Positions 8,001-15,560 of a stretch of 15,655 bases of DNA are shown one piece after another; positions within the stretch are counted from its first letter, which is position 1; each line of letters begins with the position of its first letter. The stretch spans positions 1-15,655 of the forward strand of contig CAXHAT010000183.1 of NCBI GenBank assembly GCA_964014485.1. Direction: 5' to 3'. Made by a program: the position numbers and the translations under genes. The notes beneath the pieces are model-generated. The model made no database searches and had not been told where the DNA came from. It was given only the letters and a program-made list of their open reading frames with translations. This DNA is from an uncultured Deferribacteres bacterium. Lineage in GTDB: Bacteria; Zhuqueibacterota; Zhuqueibacteria; Zhuqueibacterales; Geothermadaptataceae.

Positions 8001-11000
8001 GATTGAGATTCGGATCGACGATGATCTGATCCGTGGTCGCGAGAGCTTCATTGCTCGCTGCTGAATTGCCCTGATTGTTGAAAGCAACAAGACGATACGT
8101 ATAGGTCGAATTCGGCGACAGGCCGGAGTCCGCGTAAGCCGTCAGATTTGCCCCAACGCTGTCGACGGTCGCGAAAGCGCCGCCGTCGAGCTTGCGTTCC
8201 AAAATGAAGCCGTCTTCATTGATCGCGTTGTCCGACCAACTCAAATCGATTTGGCTCGTGCCGTTTGAAGCGGCGGCCAACGCGGTCGGCGCTTCCGGCG
8301 TCGGGAGCGGATCGTCCGTGGTCGCTGCTGCGGTATCGCTATAAGTCGAAGCGCCAAAATCATGCGCGGCACGCACGCGATATTGGTAAGTCGTGCTCCA
8401 GGTCAAGCCGCTGTCGCTGAAGGCCGTGACGTTGGAATCGAGCACGACGATTTCGGCAAAAGCTGAATCCGCCGGCAGTTTCCGTTCGAGCTTGAACTGC
8501 GTCTCGTCGCTCGAATTGTCCGTCCACGAAAGATCGATTTGATGCCTGCCGTTCGCCGTTGCAATCAATGCGGAAGGCGCGGTTGGCGGCGGCGGAGGAT
8601 CATTGGTGACCGCCGAAGCCGTGTCGCCGTAAGCCGAATTTCCTGACGGATTGTAAGCGCGCACGCGATAATCGTAGCTCGTGCTGTAGGTTAAGCCGCT
8701 GTCGCTGAAAGCCGTCACGTTAGAATCGACGACGGCGATTTCGGCAAAAACCGAATCAGCGGTGAGCTTGCGTTCAAGCTTGAAACCAACCTCGTCGTTG
8801 GCGTTGTCCGTCCAGGTCACGCTCATCGAGTACATCCCCGTTGCGGCGGCGGCAATGGCGCTCGGCGCGGCGGGCGGCGGCGGATCGTCCGTCGTTGCCG
8901 AAGCCGTGTCGCTCCAGGCGGATTGACCAAAATCATAAAAAGCGGAGACGCGATACTCATAGGTTGTGCTGAAAACCAGCCCGCTGTCGCTGAAGGCCGT
9001 CACGTTGGAGTCGAGCGAGGCGATTTGGGCAAAGCTGGAATCCACGCCAATTCTGCGTGATTCGACCTTGAAACCGGTTTCGTAAGTCGAATTATCCGTC
9101 CAGGTCAAATCGATTTGGTGCATGCCGTTGGCGGTCGCCGCGAGCGCGGACGGAACCGCTGGCGGCGGATCGGCAGTTTTCGCCGAAGCTTCCGCCATAG
9201 TTATTGATTGTGCAAACCCCTGAATGAATGATCGCAAACCGTAGTCGTAAGTTGTGCCTACGGCCAGCCCGCTATCATTGTAGGCGGTCGTATTGGAATC
9301 GAGTACCGCGATCAAATTAAATGACGAATCCGCCGCCATTTTCCTATACAATTCAAAGCCGGATTCAGTGTTTGCGTTATCGATCCAGGAAAGTGCGATC
9401 GTCGTCATGCCCGTTGTGGTCGCCGTCATATCCGTCGGTCCGGCGGGCGGGGGCGGCGGATCGTCGGTGGCGACGCTGGCGGTGTCGCTCCAGGCGGATT
9501 CGCCGTAGCCGTGGTAGGCGCGCACGCGATAATCGTAGGTCGTGCTGTAAGTCAAGCCGGAATCGCTGTAGGCCGTCACGCTGGAATCGAGCAGCGCGAT
9601 CTGCGAAAACGCCGAATCCGCCGGAGATTTTTTCTCCAGTTTGAATCCGGATCCGTTGCCGCTGTTGCTCGTCCAGTTCAAGTCGACGACGTACATGCCG
9701 TTTGCCGTCGCGGAAACGAAAGACGGCGCGACCGGCGTTGGCGGCGGATCGTTTGTCGTCGCGGCGACGGTGTCGCTGAAAGCGGAATTGCCGTACGGCC
9801 CGTAAGCAAAAATGCGATAATTGTAATTCGTGCTGAAATTCAGCCCTGCGTTCGTGAAAGCGGTCGTATCCGCGCCGACAGCGGCAATTTCAACAAATGC
9901 CGCTCCCGCCGAATCCTGACGCTCGATTTTGAACCCGGTTTCGCCAACCGCGTTGTCCGTCCAACTCAAGCTGACGCTGTGAATGCCGGTTCCCGTCACC
10001 AAAAGCGCGGTCGGCGCTTCCGGCGGGCCGGGCGGCGCGTCGGTTGTCGCGTTGGCTTCGTTGGAATAGCCCGAATTGCCCGCGCCGTTGTTGGCGCGCA
10101 CGCGGTAGGTGTAAGTCGTTGCGGGAGTCAAGCCGGAATCGGCCCAGGTCGTGATATTCGTACTCACCGTCGCGACGAGAGAGTAGCCGGAACCGCCGGA
10201 CTTGCGCTCGATTTTGAAGCTGTTTTCGTCCGCTGAATTGTCCGTCCAATTCAAAGTAACGGTCGAAGTGTCGTTGGCCGTCGCGGTCAATGAAGTTGGC
10301 GCGGCGGGGACTGTCGGCGTGTCGCCGGCGTAAATTTCCCATTCGTAAATCTTGTAACTGCTGCTGTTCGGCGTGCGCATGTTGAGCCGAACATAGCGCG
10401 CCAACACCTGATTGAAATGAAAATCGTCGCTTTCGCTGTCCGCTTTGGTCGTGTCAAAAACCGTCGTCCAATTGACCTCGTCCGAAGAAGTTTCAATATC
10501 AAAATTCGAGGCCCAATTGCTGCCTTTCCAGTCGATGAACATGTGACCGACCGGCTGGAGTTCGCCAAAATCGACTTTGAGCCATTGTAGCGTGTCCGTG
10601 TCGTCGAACTTCAGACTTTCCCACTTGGTGTCAAAATTACCATCAACAGCCATCGCCGGGACGTCTTCGTCATCGGCGCTCGGCGCTGAAATGGTTTTAT
10701 TCAGCGCAATATTGACCGTCGGATCGACGTAAATCACTGCGTCGGTGGAAGCCATGACTTCGTTGCTGTAATCCGAATCGAAGTACTGATGATACGCGCG
10801 AATGCGGTAGGTAAAATCCGTGCCCGGCGGCAAGCCCGTGTCGTTGTAAGTCGAATCATTTACGCCCAACAATGCGATTTGGGCAAACGCGCCGCCGCCT
10901 TCGCGACGCTCGAGCTTGAAGCCCTCGGCGTTGGTCGCGGCGTTTTGCCAGCTCATATCGATCTGATTTACGCCGTTGGCCAGCGCGGAAAAAGCAACCG

Positions 11001-14000
11001 GCGCTGCCGGCGGGGGCGGCGGATCATCCGTCGTCACCGAAGCCGTGTCGGTGTGCGCCGATTCGCCGAAATCATGGAACGCGCGCAAGCGGTACTGATA
11101 AGTCGTGCTGTAAGCCAGGCCGCTGTCGCTGTGCGCCGTCGCGTTCGCGGCGATGGTTGCAATTTCTGAAAAAGCCGTGTCCGCGGCTGTTTTTCTTTCC
11201 AGCTTAAAACCGCTCTCAGTGCTCGAACTGTCCGCCCAGGTTAAATCAATTTGAAACATGCCGTTAGCCGTTGCCGCGAGCGCAACCGGCGCGGCGGGCG
11301 GCGGCGGCGGATCGGCGGTGACGATCGTTGCCGTATCGCTGTAAATCGAGTGGCCAAAATCGTGATACGCACGCAGACGATAATCATAGCTCGTGCTGTG
11401 CGTCAGACCGCTGTCGCTAAAAGCCGTCGCGTTGGCGGCGATCACGGCGATTTGCGCGAAAGCGGAATCGGCGGAAAGCTTTCTTTCAAGCTTGAAACCG
11501 TTCTCGGTCGTCGAATTGTCCGTCCAGGTCAGATTGACCTGATTCATGCCGTCGGCGGTTCCGGCGAGCGCGGTCGGCGCTGGCGGCGGGGGCGGCGGAT
11601 CAGTCGTCACGCCGGTCGCCGTATCGCTCCAGGCGGATTGGCCGTAAAGATGGTAGGCCGAAATGCGATAATCGTAGCTCGTGCTGTAAGTCAGGCCGCT
11701 GTCGCTGAAAGCCGTGACGTTGGAATCGAGCGCTGCAATTTGCGAGAAAGCCGAATCGCCGGGCGCTTTTCGTTCCAACTTAAAACCAAGCTCGGTGGTC
11801 GCGCTGTCAGCCCAGGACAAGTTCATCTGGTACATGCTGTTCGTCGTCGCGATAAAATTGTAAGGCGCGGGCGGCGGCGCGGGCGGGTCGCCGGTAAAGG
11901 CGCTGTCCGCGTTGCTGAATTCCGAATTGCCGAGATGATTGCTGGCAAGGACGCGGTAAATGTAACCCGTGCCTATCGCCAGACCGGTATCGCTGTAAGC
12001 GATTGCGTTGGAATCGAGTACGGCAATTTCGGTGAAATCAATGTCGGTGTACAATTTTCTTTGCACGCGGATGCTGTCTTCGTCGTGCGCCCGATCGATC
12101 CAGCTTAAATCAATTTGGAACAAACCGTTCGCCACAGCAACCAACGAATCTGGCGCGTTCGGCAAAGACATTGGCGTTTCGGAAGCTTCGTTCGTGTAAG
12201 CCGATCCACCGGCTTCGCCATAGGAGCGTACGCGGTAAGTGTAGGTTGTTCCTGGGGTTAAGCCGGTGTCGCTCCAGGCCGTGATGTTGGAAATGACCAG
12301 GTCGATCTCGGTAAAAAGACTGTCGCCGGAGTGGCGCTCGATGCGAAAACCGTCTTCGTTGTAGGCCTTGTCCGTCCAGCTCAAATGTATCGTGGAAGGA
12401 TGTTCAACCGTCGCGACCAAGTCAATCGGCGCGGCGGGCGGCGGGGGCGGATCCTGCGTTCTGTCGGAAGCAAGATTCGAATAGCCCGAATCACCGTCGT
12501 CGTTGTAGCTGCGCAGACGATACGCGTAATCCGTGCTGTCGCTGAGGCCGGAATCGACGAAAGAAGTACAGTCCGCGTCAATTGTCGCGATCTGCGTGAA
12601 GGTCGCGGTTGTGGCGCCGAGCGAATCGACCGTGCCGAGACCGCGTTCCAGTTTGAAGCCGGTTTCGTTGCCTGACTTGTCCTTCCAGGTCAGCGTCATT
12701 TGCGTCTGTCCCAGCGCGACGACGGCGAGATTCTCCGGCGCTTTCGGCGGGCCGGGGAGCGGGCCGGAGTAGATTTCAAATTCTTCGATGCGGTAGGTGT
12801 TCTTATTGTTTTCCGTCATGTAAATGCGCACGTAGCGAGCAGGAACGGCCGTGAATTCGCCGTAAAAATCGCCTTCGCTCGTCATGCCGTCGCTCAGCAC
12901 TGTCGTCCAATTCACATCGTCGTTCGAGACCTGAATCTGAAATTGCTTGGCGTAGCTGTCAGTGCGCCAATTGACAAAAACACGTCCGACAACCTCCGCC
13001 CGGCCCAAATCCACGCGCAGCCAATCTACGGGATCCGGCGTGACGTCATTGATGACGCCGCTTTTCCAGTACGAAACGTCGTCGTCGTCAACGGCAAGCG
13101 TCGCTTCATCGCCAATTTCTTCACTGGAAGCTAGCGCCGGATTGCCGACGGCGAGGTTGCTGTCCGGCGGGCTGAGATAGGACATGACCGCCAGCGCGGA
13201 ATCTTCATTGCTGTAAGCCGACATGTCCAGACCGTTCAGCGCGGCGATGCGGTAAGTGTAAATCGTGTTGTTGACCAGACCCGTGTCCGTGAAAGTTACG
13301 GTATTCGGTGTAACGGTCGCGATTTCGGCAAACGCCGCCGAGTCGCGACGCTCGATTTTGAAACCGGTTTCGACCGAAGCGTTGTCCTGCCACAGCAGCT
13401 TAATTCCGCCGTCTTCAGCGGTTGAAGCGGAGAGCGCGCTCGGGGCGCGGACGGAAACGATTGAGAACGTCGCGGCGCTGGTATCGCCGGGTTGGCCGCT
13501 GAACGAATCAACGACGCGCACGAGAGCTGTGTTCGTTGGCGTGTTAGGGACGAACCAGTCGTAAGTTGATGTATTCGTTAAATTTGTCGCAATCGGCGTC
13601 CAGGTCAGGCCGCTGTCCGCTGAAAAATCGACGTCGACCGGATCGGTGAAATTGGAACTCGCCCAGCTAATGGTGTGCGTCGTGCCGATTTCCAAGTCGT
13701 AGCCGCCGTTCGGGCTGTTGACCCAAATCGTGGGATCGCGCCGGTCGGATTTGACCACGACCTCCAAACCCATCGCCGCGGCGATGTCATCCCATTTATA
13801 AGCGTGCGTCGCCTTGTCGCTGTGGATGGCGTAGAACGAGCCTTTTGGCAGGCCCGGAATTGAATCCTGCGTGATCGCGATGCCGTCGGTGCCGCTGGTT
13901 TCGCCGACGAAATTGCCCATCCAGGCGAGTGTCTGGCGGTCAAAAACTTCAAACTCCGTCGGGCTGGCGTTCTGGTCGGTGACGATGACGTAGCCGGTGC

Positions 14001-14766
14001 TGTCCGTCGTCTCATAAAGCACGATGCCTTCCGGATCGTCATGAAAAAGACCTTGCGCAAAAGTGTCGACGACAGCGCCCGCGAGGTTGTGAATCAGGAC
14101 GTAGTCGTTTGCTTCGTCACAGAAAAAGACGCGATCGTGATAATCATCGATGAGCACGGATTCGAGCGTGCCGCCGACGGGATGTGTCGCCGTCAAAACG
14201 CCGCCGAGGCCGGAATCCGTCGGCACGATCTTAAAAACATGCGTTTCGTCAATATACAAATACGTGTCGGTGATCCAGGCGTCGAGCGTGTCTTGTCGCC
14301 AGTGAAAACCGACGCCGTAGGGTTCGCCCAAAATCCCGTCGCCGAACTCGCCGATACGCGACAGACTCGGCAAATGCCACATGGAAACGCGCTGCGCGTC
14401 ACGCTCAACGACGAACAAAACGTCCTGCTCGCCGTTGGCCGTCGGAATGTCATACGCCACGCCAATGCCGTTGGGATAGGACATGGTCTTGATCGAATCG
14501 TCGGTCACGATACTGGTGATGAACGTGTCCTGCGTCGCGTCATAAACATGGACGAAATCGTCTTTGTCGGTCACGAACAAAAGACTTGGTTGCGTCGGGT
14601 CTTGCGAAACCCAAATCGCGGCGGAGTCGACGGTGCCGCGTCCCGCCGGGGGATTTGGCGTTTCATAAAACATCGGCACGATGTACGTGCCCGTCGCCAT
14701 CAGCATTGTCGCCAGCATGGCGCAAACGACAATTTGAACGGTTTTCTTGCCTGCTTTTTTCATCAT
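4756..14766 (-). CDS. Giant secreted modular protein (~3336 aa): beta-propeller phytase - Ig-like domain - 22x FN3 with 5x F5/8 type C - T9SS type A-like sorting domain
   Basis: Uninterrupted ORF. The likely start is ATG 14766/14763, giving signal peptide MMKKAGKKTVQIVVCAMLATMLMA; no clear SD is present, and ATG 14823/14808 are alternatives. Domains were read from motifs in the translation, as listed in the sub-features. Confidence 0.9.
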   Translation of the reverse strand: MMKKAGKKTVQIVVCAMLATMLMATGTYIVPMFYETPNPPAGRGTVDSAAIWVSQDPTQPSLLFVTDKDDFVHVYDATQDTFITSIVTDDSIKTMSYPNGIGVAYDIPTANGEQDVLFVVERDAQRVSMWHLPSLSRIGEFGDGILGEPYGVGFHWRQDTLDAWITDTYLYIDETHVFKIVPTDSGLGGVLTATHPVGGTLESVLIDDYHDRVFFCDEANDYVLIHNLAGAVVDTFAQGLFHDDPEGIVLYETTDSTGYVIVTDQNASPTEFEVFDRQTLAWMGNFVGETSGTDGIAITQDSIPGLPKGSFYAIHSDKATHAYKWDDIAAAMGLEVVVKSDRRDPTIWVNSPNGGYDLEIGTTHTISWASSNFTDPVDVDFSADSGLTWTPIATNLTNTSTYDWFVPNTPTNTALVRVVDSFSGQPGDTSAATFSIVSVRAPSALSASTAEDGGIKLLWQDNASVETGFKIERRDSAAFAEIATVTPNTVTFTDTGLVNNTIYTYRIAALNGLDMSAYSNEDSALAVMSYLSPPDSNLAVGNPALASSEEIGDEATLAVDDDDVSYWKSGVINDVTPDPVDWLRVDLGRAEVVGRVFVNWRTDSYAKQFQIQVSNDDVNWTTVLSDGMTSEGDFYGEFTAVPARYVRIYMTENNKNTYRIEEFEIYSGPLPGPPKAPENLAVVALGQTQMTLTWKDKSGNETGFKLERGLGTVDSLGATTATFTQIATIDADCTSFVDSGLSDSTDYAYRLRSYNDDGDSGYSNLASDRTQDPPPPPAAPIDLVATVEHPSTIHLSWTDKAYNEDGFRIERHSGDSLFTEIDLVISNITAWSDTGLTPGTTYTYRVRSYGEAGGSAYTNEASETPMSLPNAPDSLVAVANGLFQIDLSWIDRAHDEDSIRVQRKLYTDIDFTEIAVLDSNAIAYSDTGLAIGTGYIYRVLASNHLGNSEFSNADSAFTGDPPAPPPAPYNFIATTNSMYQMNLSWADSATTELGFKLERKAPGDSAFSQIAALDSNVTAFSDSGLTYSTSYDYRISAYHLYGQSAWSDTATGVTTDPPPPPPAPTALAGTADGMNQVNLTWTDNSTTENGFKLERKLSADSAFAQIAVIAANATAFSDSGLTHSTSYDYRLRAYHDFGHSIYSDTATIVTADPPPPPAAPVALAATANGMFQIDLTWADSSSTESGFKLERKTAADTAFSEIATIAANATAHSDSGLAYSTTYQYRLRAFHDFGESAHTDTASVTTDDPPPPPAAPVAFSALANGVNQIDMSWQNAATNAEGFKLERREGGGAFAQIALLGVNDSTYNDTGLPPGTDFTYRIRAYHQYFDSDYSNEVMASTDAVIYVDPTVNIALNKTISAPSADDEDVPAMAVDGNFDTKWESLKFDDTDTLQWLKVDFGELQPVGHMFIDWKGSNWASNFDIETSSDEVNWTTVFDTTKADSESDDFHFNQVLARYVRLNMRTPNSSSYKIYEWEIYAGDTPTVPAAPTSLTATANDTSTVTLNWTDNSADENSFKIERKSGGSGYSLVATVSTNITTWADSGLTPATTYTYRVRANNGAGNSGYSNEANATTDAPPGPPEAPTALLVTGTGIHSVSLSWTDNAVGETGFKIERQDSAGAAFVEIAAVGADTTAFTNAGLNFSTNYNYRIFAYGPYGNSAFSDTVAATTNDPPPTPVAPSFVSATANGMYVVDLNWTSNSGNGSGFKLEKKSPADSAFSQIALLDSSVTAYSDSGLTYSTTYDYRVRAYHGYGESAWSDTASVATDDPPPPPAGPTDMTATTTGMTTIALSWIDNANTESGFELYRKMAADSSFNLIAVLDSNTTAYNDSGLAVGTTYDYGLRSFIQGFAQSITMAEASAKTADPPPAVPSALAATANGMHQIDLTWTDNSTYETGFKVESRRIGVDSSFAQIASLDSNVTAFSDSGLVFSTTYEYRVSAFYDFGQSAWSDTASATTDDPPPPAAPSAIAAAATGMYSMSVTWTDNANDEVGFKLERKLTADSVFAEIAVVDSNVTAFSDSGLTYSTSYDYRVRAYNPSGNSAYGDTASAVTNDPPPPPTAPSALIATANGRHQIDLSWTDNSSDETQFKLERKLPADSAFAEIVVLDSNVTAFSDSGLTWSTTYQYRVRAAHDFGASTYSDTAAATTDDPLPTPEAPTALAAASNGTSQIDLSWSDNAINEDGFILERKLDGGAFATVDSVGANLTAYADSGLSPNSTYTYRLVAFNNQGNSAASNEALATTDQIIVDPNLNLALNRIYAASSEDSEDTTGFAFDADLDSKWESLKFDETDSLQWLKVDFGEVLPVGRSFIDWKGGNYATAFDIEVSLDDSLWTTVFDTTKDDSESDAFTFTQTLARHARLNMRAANKSAYKIYEWEIYAGDTPLPPTAPSALSATANGMTRVDLAWTDNAGDETGFKIERKSGAGVFSQIAQVGVDVTAFADSGLTASTTYTYRVRATNLAGNSGYTNDASATTDAPPLPPAAPGNLTVAAVSASALNLSWADSSDNESGFKIERQDTSGAFVEIATVTANQTSYGDAGLTASTSYNYRVKAYNGTGDSGYSNEASGTTHAPPPPPAAPTALAAIADGMNQVNLTWTDNASGETGFKLERKLAADSVFAQIALIDSNVTAFSDSGLTASTSYDYRLRAYNETGDSGYGNTASATTDAPPPIPTAPGNLVATASGTDQINLAWADSSNNEDGFKIERKTGAEAFAEIANVAKNDTTFSDAGLTANTAYTYRILAYNISGNSGYSNEAADTTDQAMVDPTVNLALGKTISASSADGDEPETLAIDGDLDTKWSSIEPDELNPTEWLKIDFGQQYPVGKMFIDWKGGSYASEFNVEVSLNDLDWTTVFDTTKASRDDDDFSFKQTTARYVRLNLRQNASSKYKIYEWEIYAGTAPPSPPAAPSALSATADGSTVINLAWTDNASVESEFKIERKTGAGAFAQIASVGADVTAFADSGLTATTSYTYRVRAANGAGDSGYSNEASATTEAPPTPPSAPTALAATTAGASSIDLIWNDNSGNEDGFKIERKTGAAAFAQVASVPADSTTYTDTGLTPSTTYMYRLIAFNDGGNSSTSNEASATTDEASGADPSINLALNKPGEASSEDSGDPIPDGLDGDLGSHFDTQSVEDEAPVQWLSVDLEQTEIVGRVIIRWKSSYYATAYEFQTSDDNATWTTVHTAAKSEEGDDEFTFGQVAARYVRLLMTGNNKSAYKINELEVYSGPLLSKRKGGLATEVLPVTFALHQNYPNPFNPSTQIRFDLPESRHVTLKIYNILGSEVAILADRTFTAGFHTLRFNGKKLSSGVYIFKITAGDFEASKRMTLVK
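5068..13450 (-). repeat. Tandem array of 22 FN3 domains in blocks of 1/7/8/4/2, each block followed by an F5/8C domain
   Basis: The FN3 consensus P.AP..L.A......I.L.W.DN...E.GFK.ERK...F..IA......T.F.DSGL...T.Y.YRVRA.N..G.S.YS was counted 22 times, with polyproline linkers. Discoidin motifs (NLAL.K..ASS...A.DG...W...WL.VD.G...ARYVRL...I.E.EIY) lie at about 13165-12765, 10725-10325, 8015-7615, 6460-6060 and 5470-5068. Confidence 0.9.
13455..13735 (-). other. Ig-like Ser/Thr-rich (Kre9/KNH-N-like) domain
   Basis: PTIWVNSPNGG...GTTHTISW...VDVDFSADSGLTWTPIA...YDWFVP...ALVRV is the common 'V.SPNGGE....G....I.W' module of secreted proteins. Confidence 0.65.
13765..14670 (-). other. Beta-propeller (Bacillus-type, Ca2+-dependent) phytase domain
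   Basis: Ordered motifs VDSAAIWV, LFVTDK, YPNGIGV, EPYGVG, LESVLIDD, DDPEGIVLY, GYVIVTDQ, FEVFDR, TSGTDGIAIT and LPKGSFYA parallel the known BPP motifs DDPAIW, TNK, EVYG, EGM.AD, DIEGL.IY, GYL.ASSQ, TDGI and FP.GLFVA. Confidence 0.82.
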
Positions 14767-14874
14767 TTGTGGTTGAGTAAATCTGGAGTGCGTGTGCATC
14801 GGTTTCATGTCTGCCCTGTTCATGGTTGTCGGTTTCGTTTGCTGGTTCAAAAACGCTGAGTCCAGACTTTTGGG

Positions 14875-15106
14875 AAGGGGCATAGGCGCAAAGGCACAGA
14901 GTGACAAAGTAAACCTGAATAATACTTTGCCCCTTTTCCGTTTAAAATAGACTTTACTGCTGCTTGTCTTGCGTGACAATCGTCAACAGTTCGAAACTCG
15001 TCCGTGAGGTATATATTTAAAATGGAAACGAAGAACGAGGCGACAGAATAAACGCAATAAGTCGGAACGCACTTTGTGCCTGTGCTCCTTTGCGCCTATG
15101 TCCCTT
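14875..15106. repeat. Inverted pair of 36-bp octamer tandem arrays (14875-14910 and 15071-15106)
   Basis: The right arm is A-CTTTGTGC-CTGTGCTC-CTTTGCGC-CTATGTCC-CTT. The reverse complement of the left arm is A-CTTTGTCA-CTCTGTGC-CTTTGCGC-CTATGCCC-CTT. They are 30/36 identical without gaps, with unit CTnTGnnC. Confidence 0.8.
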
Positions 15107-15174
15107 TGATAAAAGCCATACTGCTGCCAAAACGCCCGCCGCAATCGTCAACAGTCTGACCTCGTCCTTGAGGT
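14955..15174 (-). repeat. Duplicated 56-nt element (14955-15010 and 15119-15174), candidate cis-regulatory RNA in the giant gene's leader
   Basis: Three conserved blocks on the + strand: TACTGCTGC - 13/14 nt variable - CAATCGTCAACAGT - 6/5 nt - CTCGTCC(G/T)TGAGGT. Confidence 0.8.
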
Positions 15175-15189
15175 GAGATTCTTTTGGTA

Positions 15190-15218
15190 ATCTTAAATAG
15201 ATACGTTATTTCAAACAA
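15190..15218 (-). promoter_or_regulatory. Candidate sigma70 promoter for the giant gene
   Basis: Minus strand TTGTTT (15218-15213) - 17 nt - TAAGAT (15195-15190). The predicted start near 15183 is about 10 nt upstream of the first 56-nt element. Confidence 0.45.
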
Positions 15219-15414
15219 AATGCGGAGTTTACGGGAGCGTAAAATCCATGTTTGGAGGACGGCGTAGGGCCGAAGTTGTGGGGCGGCTTCTGGTTTGTCG
15301 ATGAATGCTTGAGTGATGATTTTATATTGATTCACAAAAGGGCGGTTCAAGCTTCAAGGTCATGCTTCTGGAAGCAAACCAAAGATTCGAACGACAAACG
15401 ACGACGTTTCCATC

Positions 15415-15560
15415 TTTGACCTAATTGAAGCGGGGCATGTATCGCTGAACATTTACAACAGTGCGGGACAATTGGTGCTCGCGCTGCTGGTTTGTACTTG
15501 TATGCGCTCAAAGCGAGCGAATTTACTGCGCTGCGCGAACTGGAGTTAATGAAGGAGTGA
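15415..15560 (+). pseudogene. Relic of a T9SS type A-like CTD with internal deletion and frameshift
   Basis: 15415-15480 reads FDLIEAGHVSLNIYNSAGQLVL. A different frame, 15483-15560, reads AAGLYLYALKASEFTALRELELMKE-stop. These are the N- and C-halves of a CTD with the middle (AG.H...W/F.G) missing. There is no ATG/GTG/TTG start between the in-frame stop at 15328-15330 and the fragment. Confidence 0.75.

Noticed and set aside
5002..14859. Many long + strand and alternate-frame ORFs over the giant gene (e.g. 5908-6909, 11251-12108, 14041-14859)
   Set aside because: These are shadow ORFs of a GC-rich repetitive gene; they are Arg/Gly/Val-rich with no recognisable motifs.
14767..14979. 71-codon N-terminal extension of the giant ORF from TTG 14979
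   Set aside because: It runs through the octamer array and leader repeat, does not look protein-like, and would bury a good signal peptide that starts at MMKKAGKK.
14900..14990. Pho box upstream of the phytase gene
   Set aside because: TTGTCAC half-sites exist on the - strand (about 14907-14901 and 14979-14973), but they are ~72 nt apart rather than in the 11-bp tandem spacing of PhoB boxes.
14875..15174. CRISPR array or hammerhead ribozyme
   Set aside because: There are only two copies of each repeat, no regular repeat-spacer period and no cas genes. CGAAAC is present in one copy, but the hammerhead CUGANGA core is absent.
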